A stretch of 64,000 nt of DNA from Bacteroidia bacterium (GCA_020049855.1 JAGVLJ010000016.1:5603-69602); one strand, 5' to 3'. Positions 20,169-29,816 are shown, numbered from the stretch's first letter. The notes: generated by a model from the letters alone, not told the origin. Made by a program: numbers and translations.

Positions 20169-21665
20169 ATGGATAAGTACTTAGAACTGTTAGGCGACTT
20201 TTTTGATTCATTCATTTTTTACTATGCCATCTCCTTGTGTTTCTCTTACTTTATGCTGGCTATTATTTCAGCCTTTGAGATGAGGCACTACATGAAGAAG
20301 AACAGTTTTATTGATTATCGTACCATTCTCAGTTCGCATTTGCAACCATCCATTTCACTCATAGCTCCAGCATATAACGAAGGAGCTAATATTGTTGAAA
20401 ACGTACGCTCACTTCTATCAATTCACTACGGGAACTATGAAGTAATAATTGTCAATGACGGAAGTAAGGACGATTCTATTGCTACATTGGTGCAAAACTA
20501 CGAGCTGGAAAAAGTAGACTATGCTATCAATGAACAACTGCATACTAAACCTGTAAGAGGAGTATATAAATCAAAAAATTCAGCCTTCAGCAAATTACTG
20601 GTAGTTGATAAAGAAAACGGAGGAAAGGCCGATGCATTAAATGTAGGGCTCAATATTTCACAAAGTGATTTGGTGGCTTGTGTAGATGTAGATTGCGTGA
20701 TTGAACAGGATGCCCTTGTAAAAATGGTTAAACCTTTTATTGAAGAAGAAACAAGAGTTATTGCCACGGGAGGTGTTGTGCGTATTGCCAATTCATGCGA
20801 AATAGAAAACGGTAAACTCATAAAAGTAAACCTACCTGATGAGCTACTTCCAAGAATTCAGGTTATTGAATACATTCGTGCATTTTTGATGGGACGTATG
20901 GCGTGGAGTAAATTAAACGGCCTTTTACTTATATCGGGGGCATTTGGATTATTTGATCGTGACATTGCCATTAAAAGTGGTGGATACAATCACAAAACAG
21001 TTGGCGAAGACATGGAACTGGTAGTGCGTATGCGTATTTGGTGCCATGAAAACAATATTAAATACCGGGTGGTTTATATTCCTGATCCTCTTTGCTGGAC
21101 CGAAGCCCCCAATAACGTAAAAATACTTGGCCGCCAACGAAACCGATGGGCCAGAGGTACTGCCGAAACATTGTGGTTTCACCGAAAAATATTCCTGAAC
21201 CCCAAATATGGCAAACTGGGAATTGTAAGTTACCCTTTCTGGCTTCTCTATGAGTGGCTTGCTCCTTTTATTGAATTTTTTGGATTATTGTTTTACATCA
21301 TTCTCGCTATTCTTGGATTCTCTACTTGGGAATTTTTTATCATGATTGTTAGTTTGATTTACGCCTTTGCAGTTATGATGTCGATATCCGCCATTTTGTT
21401 TGAAGAAATGTCCTATCACCAGTATAAAAATAAACGAGATATGTTCAGGATGATGGCTACTGCTTTAATTGAGCCAATTTTCTACCACCCTATGACGGTA
21501 AAATGGTCGCTGGAAGGCAATATTGACCTGTTAACAGGCAAGAAAAACTGGGGCGAGATGACAAGACAGGGATTAGGTAAAAAGAAAGTTCGAAAAGAAA
21601 CAACTTCAGCCAAACCTAAAGAAACTAAAACGGACATCCCTTCAGCAACTAATTCAGAATCGTAA
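20169..21665 (+). CDS. processive family-2 glycosyltransferase (PgaC/BcsA/NodC-like polysaccharide synthase)
   Basis: There are N-terminal TM helices. The GT-A motifs are IAPAYNE, VNDGSKDDS (D), DVDCV (DxD) and VGEDMEL (TED-like). The QRNRWARG (QxxRW) motif of processive beta-glycosyl synthases is present. C-terminal TM helices are followed by a Lys-rich tail. Confidence 0.8.
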   Translation: MDKYLELLGDFFDSFIFYYAISLCFSYFMLAIISAFEMRHYMKKNSFIDYRTILSSHLQPSISLIAPAYNEGANIVENVRSLLSIHYGNYEVIIVNDGSKDDSIATLVQNYELEKVDYAINEQLHTKPVRGVYKSKNSAFSKLLVVDKENGGKADALNVGLNISQSDLVACVDVDCVIEQDALVKMVKPFIEEETRVIATGGVVRIANSCEIENGKLIKVNLPDELLPRIQVIEYIRAFLMGRMAWSKLNGLLLISGAFGLFDRDIAIKSGGYNHKTVGEDMELVVRMRIWCHENNIKYRVVYIPDPLCWTEAPNNVKILGRQRNRWARGTAETLWFHRKIFLNPKYGKLGIVSYPFWLLYEWLAPFIEFFGLLFYIILAILGFSTWEFFIMIVSLIYAFAVMMSISAILFEEMSYHQYKNKRDMFRMMATALIEPIFYHPMTVKWSLEGNIDLLTGKKNWGEMTRQGLGKKKVRKETTSAKPKETKTDIPSATNSES

Positions 21666-22830
21666 TAATTTCTTTCCCCTGCCGTTTGCGGTGCTCATTT
21701 ATCGCAGTTCGGATAAGTGGAATATAATATTCCCAAAAAAATCGCTTCCGGTTTTCAAGTTCTATCTGCGAATAAAACATAGAACGAAAATTACGTATCC
21801 CCCGCAATTTTGACGACATCATTCCTATTTGATTATCACAAAAATCGGCTGAAAAATAATAATAATTCGAATCGCCCGAATGATGCTCAATTGATGCAAT
21901 GAATGTTTGGGGAATATGATAATAATTTAAAATGGAATCGCCCGACTTGTTTGTTTTCACAGAGAAAACAGACATTACGTTGTTATTGGCTCTTGCGTTA
22001 AGGGTAACAGCAAACCAAAAAGGGTATAAAATATTTTCGGGCAGGTTATATGATTTCTGATACTTCTCATCAGTGTATATAATGGGTATTGGAAAATTCA
22101 TATGCCGTTTCTCATCTAAAATAACAATTTTATCACTGGTATGAACATACACCAGACCGCCATCTCTAAAAGGCCATTTTCCTCCATGCTGCCTACGGTA
22201 AAGTTTCCAAACCCATGGAGGTAATTCTTTATTTTTTACCGTATCCAGCGATGAAAAATACCTCCCTACCCAACCTGTCCATTGCAAACCTAAAAGTTCT
22301 TCGCATTTTTGCCGCAGGGTGTAGGAAGTAGGTAAAGCATATAAACTGAATTCGGTAATGATGGTTTTTTTCTTTTCTACCATCTTTTTCAAAAGCTCGT
22401 AGTCGTTTTTATGCAATCCCCCATAAATTAACTCCGACCGTTCTTTATCATTCCCCTTTCTGTACCACTCGTTGTGATAAATTCCATAGGTGTCGGTATA
22501 ATAGGCCATTTCGTAATACGATGCCATACTATCCAAATCCTTGTCGCTGTAATCAGCTAAATCTCGTACATCAAACTGAAAATCTTCCAAGGGAAAGAAC
22601 CCCATATAGTCCTTGTCTATTTTGTATAAATCACCATTGGGTTTGGTAATTTTCATGTGATCCAGAATCCAGTTAAACGATCGGTGCTCAAGCCCCTCTT
22701 TTGTAAGTACCGTTTTATCAAGAATGAAAATTTTCATCGGATACTGGCTTTGAAACAACCAAATAACCCAGAGAATGAACGGGAATAATAAAATTACCAA
22801 TAAAATAATACGAACTGTTTTGCGTAGCAT
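21649..22830 (-). CDS. hypothetical membrane-anchored protein with large aromatic-rich extracytoplasmic domain
   Basis: The N-terminal TM anchor is IILLVILLFPFILWVIWLF. The domain of about 360 aa has no recognisable motif. It is convergent with the GT2 gene, and the two 3' ends overlap by 17 bp. Confidence 0.4.
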   Translation of the reverse strand: MLRKTVRIILLVILLFPFILWVIWLFQSQYPMKIFILDKTVLTKEGLEHRSFNWILDHMKITKPNGDLYKIDKDYMGFFPLEDFQFDVRDLADYSDKDLDSMASYYEMAYYTDTYGIYHNEWYRKGNDKERSELIYGGLHKNDYELLKKMVEKKKTIITEFSLYALPTSYTLRQKCEELLGLQWTGWVGRYFSSLDTVKNKELPPWVWKLYRRQHGGKWPFRDGGLVYVHTSDKIVILDEKRHMNFPIPIIYTDEKYQKSYNLPENILYPFWFAVTLNARANNNVMSVFSVKTNKSGDSILNYYHIPQTFIASIEHHSGDSNYYYFSADFCDNQIGMMSSKLRGIRNFRSMFYSQIELENRKRFFWEYYIPLIRTAINEHRKRQGKEIITILN

Positions 22831-22918
22831 GAATTACGAATATCATCAATATTGAGCAAACTTGTTGAAAAAACAAAAACATCAGCCGAAAATCATCAAT
22901 TCAATCTAATTTTGCAAT

Positions 22919-23569
22919 ATGGAAATGAGTAATAAACATATTGCAGCACTACGTAAAGAATACCTGCTGAAAGAATTTGATGAAGGCCATTTGCTGGCCG
23001 ACCCTTACAACCAATTTAGGCTGTGGTTTAAAGAAGCCATTGAATCGGAGGTAAATGAACCAAATGCGATGATGCTTGCCACGGCTTCGCCAAACGGACA
23101 GCCACATGCACGCATTGTATTGCTAAAAGGTTTTGACCATGAAGGCCTGGTTTTTTTTACCAACTACCAAAGCGATAAGGGAGAACAGATAAAAGAAAAT
23201 AATCAAGTAGCTCTTACTTTTTTCTGGCCCGAACTGGAGCGGCAGGTTCGTATAGAAGGAACGGCAAAGCAAATTCACCCTGAAAAATCAGATGAATATT
23301 TTTATAGTCGCCCCATCGGCAGTCAAATTGGTGCTCATGTGTCGCCCCAAAGCAAAGTAATTGTAAACCGTAAGTTTTTAGAGGATCGTGTACGCGAATT
23401 TGAAAAATTATTTTCTGAACAACCTTTACTACGACCCGAACACTGGGGAGGATATGTGGTAAACCCTCATTTATTTGAATTTTGGCAAGGACGCAGCAGC
23501 AGGCTACACGATCGTTTTTTATTTACATGCAAAGGCTCAATCTGGCAAATAGAACGGATAGCCCCTTAA
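22919..23569 (+). CDS. pdxH: pyridoxamine 5'-phosphate oxidase
   Basis: MMLATASPNGQPHARIVLLKG...FFTNYQSDKG...ALTFFWPELERQVRIEG...EYFYSRPIGSQIGAHVSPQS...EFWQGRSSRLHDRFLF is the full PdxH signature, including the C-terminal motif. Confidence 0.85.
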   Translation: MEMSNKHIAALRKEYLLKEFDEGHLLADPYNQFRLWFKEAIESEVNEPNAMMLATASPNGQPHARIVLLKGFDHEGLVFFTNYQSDKGEQIKENNQVALTFFWPELERQVRIEGTAKQIHPEKSDEYFYSRPIGSQIGAHVSPQSKVIVNRKFLEDRVREFEKLFSEQPLLRPEHWGGYVVNPHLFEFWQGRSSRLHDRFLFTCKGSIWQIERIAP

Positions 23570-24693
23570 TCCTTAACTGGAACAGGTACCCCCTGTTTAG
23601 TAATATAAAAAACATGGTTTAGGTATTGCACCTTAGCCAACCCAAAGCTAAAAGGTGACACTCCGTCAAATTCGGGCTGAATAACCACCCTCCCCTTTTT
23701 ATTCATAAAACCCCATCGCCCGTGCTTACGAATAGCGGCCATTCCATTTGAAAAACCTTGCGCCTCATCTAGTGTGAGCGGGACAAAAATAGCTCCTTTA
23801 CTATCAATAAAACCCCATTTTTTATTTACCATCACCGCTGCATACCCTTCCGAAAACGACTCGGCATAATCGTATTCTGGTTTAATAATTACTCTTTGTT
23901 TAAGGTTTATATACCCTATTTTATCCTTAATACGTACAGCTATTAATCCCTCGGCATAATCGGAAGCAAAAGTGTATTTAGGTTTTATCAAAACTTTGCC
24001 CCGCTGATTTACAAAACCGGCTAATCCGCCCAAATCAATGCGAGCAACCCCGCCCGAAAACGGATAGATATAATCATATATAGCAGGCAACAAAAATTTA
24101 CCGTGTGCATCAATCAATCCGTATTTATTTTTCATTTTTACCCGAGCCACACTATCTACAAAATCTCCGGCATCAAAAAACTGGCAAGGAATAACCAGAG
24201 TTCCGGTTTTATCCATGTACCCGAATTTAAAAACCAACATAGCGATGCGGCCTTTAATTTTTACATCCTCCTGCACACTTACCACAGCAAGCCCGTTATG
24301 AAATAATTGTGAATCATAAAAACCCGTGGGAACCTCAAGCACTTTAGCACCTGTTTTGTCAATATAATAGCGCTCGTTTTGCTCCCCTTGTATGCGTGCC
24401 CACCCCTCAGAGAATGGTGATGCACTTTGGCAGGTAAGTGGGCCAATCACTGTTTTACCTGTAGGGTCAATATAAAATTTCTTGCCCTCCCGCTCCACTA
24501 AAGCTAGGCCTTCGCTAAACTCATCGGCATACGAATACACTGTGTCGATAACCAAATGGCCTGTTTCATTTACATAGCCGTATTTTTTATTCCACTCAAA
24601 AGGGGTTAGGTTATTTCCCTGTGCCACTAAACGCCCCGACAGCATGAGCAAGGCAGTTGTAACAAGAAGAATGTATTTTTTGATATATCTCAA
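23566..24693 (-). CDS. WG-repeat (KWG) containing secreted protein
   Basis: It has a signal peptide and many tandem repeats of about 30 aa of the form K(Y/W)G(Y/F)I(D/N)..G..VI.P.YD.A..FS.G.A.V. Confidence 0.7.
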   Translation of the reverse strand: MRYIKKYILLVTTALLMLSGRLVAQGNNLTPFEWNKKYGYVNETGHLVIDTVYSYADEFSEGLALVEREGKKFYIDPTGKTVIGPLTCQSASPFSEGWARIQGEQNERYYIDKTGAKVLEVPTGFYDSQLFHNGLAVVSVQEDVKIKGRIAMLVFKFGYMDKTGTLVIPCQFFDAGDFVDSVARVKMKNKYGLIDAHGKFLLPAIYDYIYPFSGGVARIDLGGLAGFVNQRGKVLIKPKYTFASDYAEGLIAVRIKDKIGYINLKQRVIIKPEYDYAESFSEGYAAVMVNKKWGFIDSKGAIFVPLTLDEAQGFSNGMAAIRKHGRWGFMNKKGRVVIQPEFDGVSPFSFGLAKVQYLNHVFYITKQGVPVPVKD

Positions 24694-24839
24694 AATAATA
24701 TGTTATTAGAATTACTAATAGGCAAAAATAACTTGAGAAAGGCATTTAACCCATGTTACATTATCAACATCAACCTGTAAATTGTTTGCTTTTTATAATC
24801 TCACCTTTACCTTAGCATGATAAGCCCTGTTAAGCGGGA

Positions 24840-25601
24840 TTAGGAATGAGGGGCAGTTGCACGCAAAGGTAACCGTCTTTTCCGGAAAATAAATTCAAGC
24901 AAAACCCTTGACGGTTTGGGTGTGCGCATGCGTTTTAATCCGAATTTTTCAATGGAGTGTGTCTGAATATGCATAACGGCCTCCTCCACCGAGTCGGTGT
25001 ACAGCAACAGGTTTAAATCATTGGCATCAATGGTGCCGCCTTCCACCATTTTATCCAGCATTTCTATCAGGTTTTTCCAGTACTCCTTGCCAAACAACAC
25101 TACCGGAAAATCTTCCACTTTATGGGTTTGAATAAGGGTGAGTGCTTCAAACATTTCGTCCATGGTGCCCATGCCACCGGGCATAATGATAAACCCATAG
25201 CTGTATTTAAACATCATAAACTTGCGAATGAAAAAATACTTGAAGGTTACTTCCTTATCTACATACGGATTTGGATGTTGCTCAAAGGGTAAAATAATAT
25301 TGCAGCCCACTGAGCGGCCACCCGATTCAAAAGCACCGCGATTGGCTGCTTCCATAATTCCGGGGCCGCCTCCGGTCATCACGGTAAATCCAATTTTTGC
25401 CAGATGCCTTCCTATTTCGCGCGCCTGTTGGTAATTAGGATGATCTTCTTTAAACCGGGCCGAACCAAACACCGTAATACAGGGTCCTACAAAATGCAAT
25501 ACACGAAACCCGCGTATGGTTTCAGACAAAATACGAAAAGTAAATTTTAATTCCTGCCACCTGGAACGTGGCCCCTCCAGATAAACACTCTTTTTTGCCA
25601 T
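24840..25601 (-). CDS. LOG-family protein (TIGR00730; cytokinin riboside 5'-monophosphate phosphoribohydrolase-like)
   Basis: It has VFGSARF...MTGGGPGIMEAANRGA...GGRSVGCNI.LPFEQ..N.Y...PGGMGTMDE..E. I trimmed the start to the MAKKSVYLEG Met at 25601. The longer listed ORF has an implausible N-terminus. Confidence 0.8.
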   Translation of the reverse strand: MAKKSVYLEGPRSRWQELKFTFRILSETIRGFRVLHFVGPCITVFGSARFKEDHPNYQQAREIGRHLAKIGFTVMTGGGPGIMEAANRGAFESGGRSVGCNIILPFEQHPNPYVDKEVTFKYFFIRKFMMFKYSYGFIIMPGGMGTMDEMFEALTLIQTHKVEDFPVVLFGKEYWKNLIEMLDKMVEGGTIDANDLNLLLYTDSVEEAVMHIQTHSIEKFGLKRMRTPKPSRVLLEFIFRKRRLPLRATAPHS

Positions 25602-25639
25602 ATACAAATAGAACGAAAAAAAACGTGACTTGTTGGTAA

Positions 25640-26330
25640 CGCAGAGAAGAAATTTAAGATTTGATACGAACGAGCAGGTCAATGATTTTGAACCTGCGGA
25701 AAACCATCCCCCTACCCCCTTTGCTTGCACTCAACCCCAACGCTGCAAGGGGGACTTAGAACATTTTTAGCACAAAACAATATGACTGCGTTGGCGTGGA
25801 GATTAAATCCTTAGTCACAGACTAAGGATATCTGGGAGTAAAGATTGCCTCACGCATTAATTCCAACTCAAAATAAAAAAAATTGGTTTGAAGTGGTTGA
25901 TACTCTAAGGCCTTTACTCCATCAATAAATACCACATTTCCCGATGGTTTTGCGGCCTTGTAAATGTACAGGTAATTTTTTTCTACCTGCGAACAAACCG
26001 GAAGTAACGGGTTAACCGAGGCATTTACCGAAATAACACCTATCCTTCAATCGGTGCTGCGATTAAATACATACCGATTCGTACGTAATTGAGGACTATC
26101 TATTACCATAGAATCTGTTAATGTATATACTTCGACTATCCTGTGCAACGAATCGCGATATGAAGAATAATGCACAAACCGCAGTGAAACGGGTATAGAA
26201 ACCATTTCCCAACTTTTACTCTAAGCATGGGCATTACCCAGACTTGCCAGAATCAGATATAAAATAAAAAATGTTATTTTTTTGTGAACCATTATTAAAA
26301 TGTACCTTTCAAATGAATCAGGTCCATCTG
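25640..26330 (-). pseudogene. possible decayed gene remnant in a 760-bp ORF-poor region (tentative)
   Basis: Minus-strand translation gives a 52-aa ORF (MVSIPVSLRFVHYSS...) and, after a stop and frame change, about 75 aa reading ...VEKNYLYIYKAAKPSGNVVFIDGVKALEYQ.... This is reminiscent of beta-propeller repeat proteins. No intact ORF of 60 aa or more is present. Confidence 0.2.
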
Positions 26331-26361
26331 TATGATTACAAATTTACAGTTAAATTTATTA

Positions 26362-27486
26362 TTACAAATTGCCTCTTAACTCCTGCTCACGCTCTATGGC
26401 TTCAAACAGGGCTTTAAAATTTCCTTTGCCAAAACTTTTGGCTCCCTTGCGTTGTATAATTTCGTAAAACATAGTTGGCCTGTCTTCAACCGGTTTGGTA
26501 AACAACTGCAGCAAATACCCTTCGTCATCGCGGTCAACTAAAATGCCCAATTCTTTCAGCGGTTCTATATCCTCTTCAATGGGTCCTACCCTGTCCAGCA
26601 AATCATCGTAGTACGTAGAAGGCACTTTTAAAAATTCTACCCCGCGAGCCATTAACTGCCTTACCGTTGAAACAATATCTTTGGTGGCAATGGCAATATG
26701 CTGGGTTCCCTCTCCTTCATAAAATTCGAGGTACTCTTCTACCTGCGATTTTTTCTTGCCTTCGGCCGGCTCGTTAATCGGGAATTTCACATACCCGTTT
26801 CCATTGCTCATTACTTTACTCATCAACGCAGAGTATTCGGTACTAATATCTTTATCATCAAACGAGAGGATGTTTTTAAATCCCATCACATTTTCATAGA
26901 AATTTACCCAGGGGTTCATTTGATTCCACCCTACATTTCCTACGCAATGGTCAACATAGAGCAAACCCGTTGGCTCGGGATTATACTCGCTCTTCCATGC
27001 TTTAAACCCGGGCATAAAAACTCCGTTATAGTTTTTACGCTCAATAAACAGATGCACCACTTCGCCATAGGTATGAATGCCACTCATGCGCACTTCCCCA
27101 TGAGCATCTGTTAAGGTAGTTGGTTGCATATATGGTTTCCCTCCACGCTTGGTGGTTTGTTCAAAGGCATCGTAGGCATCATCAACCCATAGCGCCAATA
27201 CTTTTACGCCATCGCCATGTTTTTTGTGATGCTCGGCAATGGGGCTGTCGCTATGCAACGGAGAGGTAAGCACCAAACGCATTTTATTTTGCACCAGTAC
27301 GTACGATGAACGGTCTTTCAATCCGGTTTCAGGACCGGCATAGGCCAGTGACTGAAAGCCGAAAGCTGTTTTATAAAAATGTGCTGCCTGCTTGGCGTTG
27401 CCTACATACAACTCTACATAATCGGTTCCGTTAAGCGGAAGAAAATCGGTTGTACTTTGTTTTGTTGTTACTTCTAATGTATCCAT
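26362..27486 (-). CDS. hppD: 4-hydroxyphenylpyruvate dioxygenase
   Basis: It has two VOC domains and is 374 aa. The conserved Fe-binding region is HIAIATKDI, and the C-terminus reads FGKGNFKALFEAIEREQ, which is typical of HppD. Confidence 0.9.
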   Translation of the reverse strand: MDTLEVTTKQSTTDFLPLNGTDYVELYVGNAKQAAHFYKTAFGFQSLAYAGPETGLKDRSSYVLVQNKMRLVLTSPLHSDSPIAEHHKKHGDGVKVLALWVDDAYDAFEQTTKRGGKPYMQPTTLTDAHGEVRMSGIHTYGEVVHLFIERKNYNGVFMPGFKAWKSEYNPEPTGLLYVDHCVGNVGWNQMNPWVNFYENVMGFKNILSFDDKDISTEYSALMSKVMSNGNGYVKFPINEPAEGKKKSQVEEYLEFYEGEGTQHIAIATKDIVSTVRQLMARGVEFLKVPSTYYDDLLDRVGPIEEDIEPLKELGILVDRDDEGYLLQLFTKPVEDRPTMFYEIIQRKGAKSFGKGNFKALFEAIEREQELRGNL

Positions 27487-27512
27487 TTCAAAAGGTGTAT
27501 TATGCTATCAAT

Positions 27513-28670
27513 TTATTCTACCCATGTTTTATAATACTGAGGATCTTCCATCTTCATGGCCTCTTCGGTTATCATAAGCGGATAAAACGGATCAATCATC
27601 ACAGCCAGTTCTTTTGTTTCTTTAGCCCCAATAGATTTCTCTACCGTACCCGGGTGTGGCCCGTGAGGAATTCCCTTGGGGTGAAGGCTAATCATTCCGC
27701 GCTCTACATGCTTGCGGCTCATAAAATCACCATCCACATAATAGAGCACTTCATCACTATCTACATTGCTGTGGTTGTACGGTGCAGGGATGGCATCGGG
27801 ATGATAATCATACAAACGGGGAACAAAAGAACAAATCACGAAGTTATGTCCTTCAAAAGTTTGATGAATGGGTGGCGGCATGTGCACACGGCCCGTAATG
27901 GGCTCATAATTGTGTATGGAAAACCCAAACGGATAGCTGTACCCATCCCAACCAATGGCATCAAACGGGTGAGTGGCCAGGGTATAGGGGAACATCATAT
28001 CCTGTTTCTTAATCATCACCTTAAACTCTCCCTGCTCATCATGCGTTTCCAGATTTTCGGGCAATTTAATATCACGTTCGCAATAGGGGGAATGTTCCAG
28101 TAATTGCCCGAATTGATTCAGGTATCTTTTGGGAGGACGAATGGGCGAAAAAGATTCGGTTATAAACAGGCGGTTGTTTTCTGTGTTAAAATGCAACTGG
28201 TAAATGATACCGCGCGGAACAACCAGATAGTCGCCATACTCAAAAGGAATTTGACCGTAAAGCGTTTTAAGTACTCCGTTTCCTTCATGAATAAAGATTA
28301 CTTCATCGGCATCGGCATTCTTATAAAAATAATCGGTCATGGATTTTTTAGGTGCGGCCGATGCGAGATACAAATCGCGGTTAAACAATAAATAAACCCT
28401 GCTTTTAAGGTAATCATCCTGAGGGTTGGTTTTAAAGGTGAGAAAACTTCTATTCTGTAGGTTTTTTTCAATGGCGGCCTTCGGAGCTACATCGTAAGGA
28501 GTTCCAATACCTTTAACCAGTGTAGGTGGATGGCAATGGTAAACTAATGAATAGATACTACTAAAACCCTCAGTTGACACTAGTTCTTCTGCATATAATG
28601 TCCCGTCAGTCTTACGAAATTGCGTATGTCGTTTCTGAGGAATCTTTCCTAATCGGTGATAAAATGGCAT
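27513..28670 (-). CDS. hmgA: homogentisate 1,2-dioxygenase
   Basis: It is 385 aa with a cupin fold and Fe ligands. The sequence is rich in the HGPHPG and HNYEP-type motifs of bacterial HmgA. Placement directly upstream of hppD fits the tyrosine degradation pathway. Confidence 0.9.
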   Translation of the reverse strand: MPFYHRLGKIPQKRHTQFRKTDGTLYAEELVSTEGFSSIYSLVYHCHPPTLVKGIGTPYDVAPKAAIEKNLQNRSFLTFKTNPQDDYLKSRVYLLFNRDLYLASAAPKKSMTDYFYKNADADEVIFIHEGNGVLKTLYGQIPFEYGDYLVVPRGIIYQLHFNTENNRLFITESFSPIRPPKRYLNQFGQLLEHSPYCERDIKLPENLETHDEQGEFKVMIKKQDMMFPYTLATHPFDAIGWDGYSYPFGFSIHNYEPITGRVHMPPPIHQTFEGHNFVICSFVPRLYDYHPDAIPAPYNHSNVDSDEVLYYVDGDFMSRKHVERGMISLHPKGIPHGPHPGTVEKSIGAKETKELAVMIDPFYPLMITEEAMKMEDPQYYKTWVE

Positions 28671-28802
28671 AATTAAATTTATTTTTTAGTGCAACCTTAG
28701 TATGCAGTATCTTTACAAAGTTACTGTTAAGTGATGCGAAAATAATTACAAAAGCTCGCAAAAATCACCAACTTTGCCCACAGGAAAAATGACATAAGTC
28801 AC

Positions 28803-29816
28803 ATGATTAGAATTTTCATTATCAGCCTTATAGTAGCGAATGTATTCCTTACCACCTCTTGCCACAGAGAACAAAACACCTTTTCAACTCTGGTGGACTC
28901 GAATGCATCAGCCGCCATCAGGGATATAAATGAGCAAATTTTAAAGGATCCGCAAAATGCTGAGTTGTATTATAAAAAAGCTAAAACCTACTATACCGAG
29001 AAACGATTGGATAAAGCCGAAGAGGCCATTCAGGCCGCAATTGTAATCGACTCAACCAATGCCCTCTATCATTACCATAAAGGGGAAGTACTTTTTGCGT
29101 TGAATAAAACCATTGCAGCTGCAGCCGAGTTTGAAAAAGCCATCCAATTAAACCCTGAATTTTACGAAGCTTATATTAAACTGGGCGAGCTCTACTTATT
29201 TGTTAAAAAACATAAGGAGTCGCTGGAGTGCTTTACCAAGGCACAGGCATTACAGCCCAATGAGGCAAAAACTTATTTTATGAAGGGGCTCAATTTTAAA
29301 AGTTTAAAGGATACCACCAATGCCTTAGTAAGTTTTCAACGAGCTACCGAAACCGATAATACCTTTATCGATGCCTATATTCAATTGGCTATTCTGCACA
29401 ATGCAATGGGAAATAAAAAACTGGCTTTAGATTTTTACAACGGAGCCATCAGGATAAATGAATTGAATGTGGATGCTCTTTACGGGCGCGCACTATTGCT
29501 GCAGGAAGCCGAAAAATTTGATGATGCCGTAAAAGATTACCGAAAAATAATTTCAGTTAACCCCGGTTACTACCGCGCTTATTACAATATTGGTTTTATT
29601 AATTCTTTTAATCAAAAATATGAGGCGGCCATTGAAAATTTTGGGAAAGCCATTGAAGAAAATCCGGAGTACATTAATGCCTATTATATGCGGGGGTGGT
29701 GTCACGAAAAATTGGGACATAAGCAAGATGCCCTGAATAATTATGAATATACCCTTCAGCTAGATCCTACCTACCCAAAGGCTCTTGAAGGAAAAAAAAG
29801 ACTGGGGGCACAGTAA
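28803..29816 (+). CDS. tetratricopeptide-repeat lipoprotein
   Basis: There is a lipoprotein-like signal (…FLTTSC). About eight 34-aa TPR units follow, each with the A..Y...G...(A/Y)...(F/Y)..A pattern. Confidence 0.7.
   Translation: MIRIFIISLIVANVFLTTSCHREQNTFSTLVDSNASAAIRDINEQILKDPQNAELYYKKAKTYYTEKRLDKAEEAIQAAIVIDSTNALYHYHKGEVLFALNKTIAAAAEFEKAIQLNPEFYEAYIKLGELYLFVKKHKESLECFTKAQALQPNEAKTYFMKGLNFKSLKDTTNALVSFQRATETDNTFIDAYIQLAILHNAMGNKKLALDFYNGAIRINELNVDALYGRALLLQEAEKFDDAVKDYRKIISVNPGYYRAYYNIGFINSFNQKYEAAIENFGKAIEENPEYINAYYMRGWCHEKLGHKQDALNNYEYTLQLDPTYPKALEGKKRLGAQ

Noticed and set aside
20949-21182. Small ORFs (60-100 aa) on the opposite strand within the GT2, HEAT and YaiO genes
   Set aside because: They are all embedded antisense in longer ORFs with coherent domain structure. 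They are typical spurious ORFs in a roughly 40% GC genome.
25602-26361. Possibility of a housekeeping ncRNA (tmRNA, RNase P RNA, 6S RNA or SRP RNA) in the large gap
   Set aside because: I did not see the hallmark conserved motifs of these RNAs, for example the tmRNA tag or 3' tRNA-like end, the RNase P P4 sequences, or the SRP domain IV GGAA tetraloop context. The region is kept only as a generic candidate.
27450-28103. 217-aa plus-strand ORF overlapping hmgA, and the similar 138-aa ORF over hppD
   Set aside because: These are antisense to two strongly conserved dioxygenase genes. The translations have no features and are rich in Ile, Phe, His and Arg, as expected for reverse frames.
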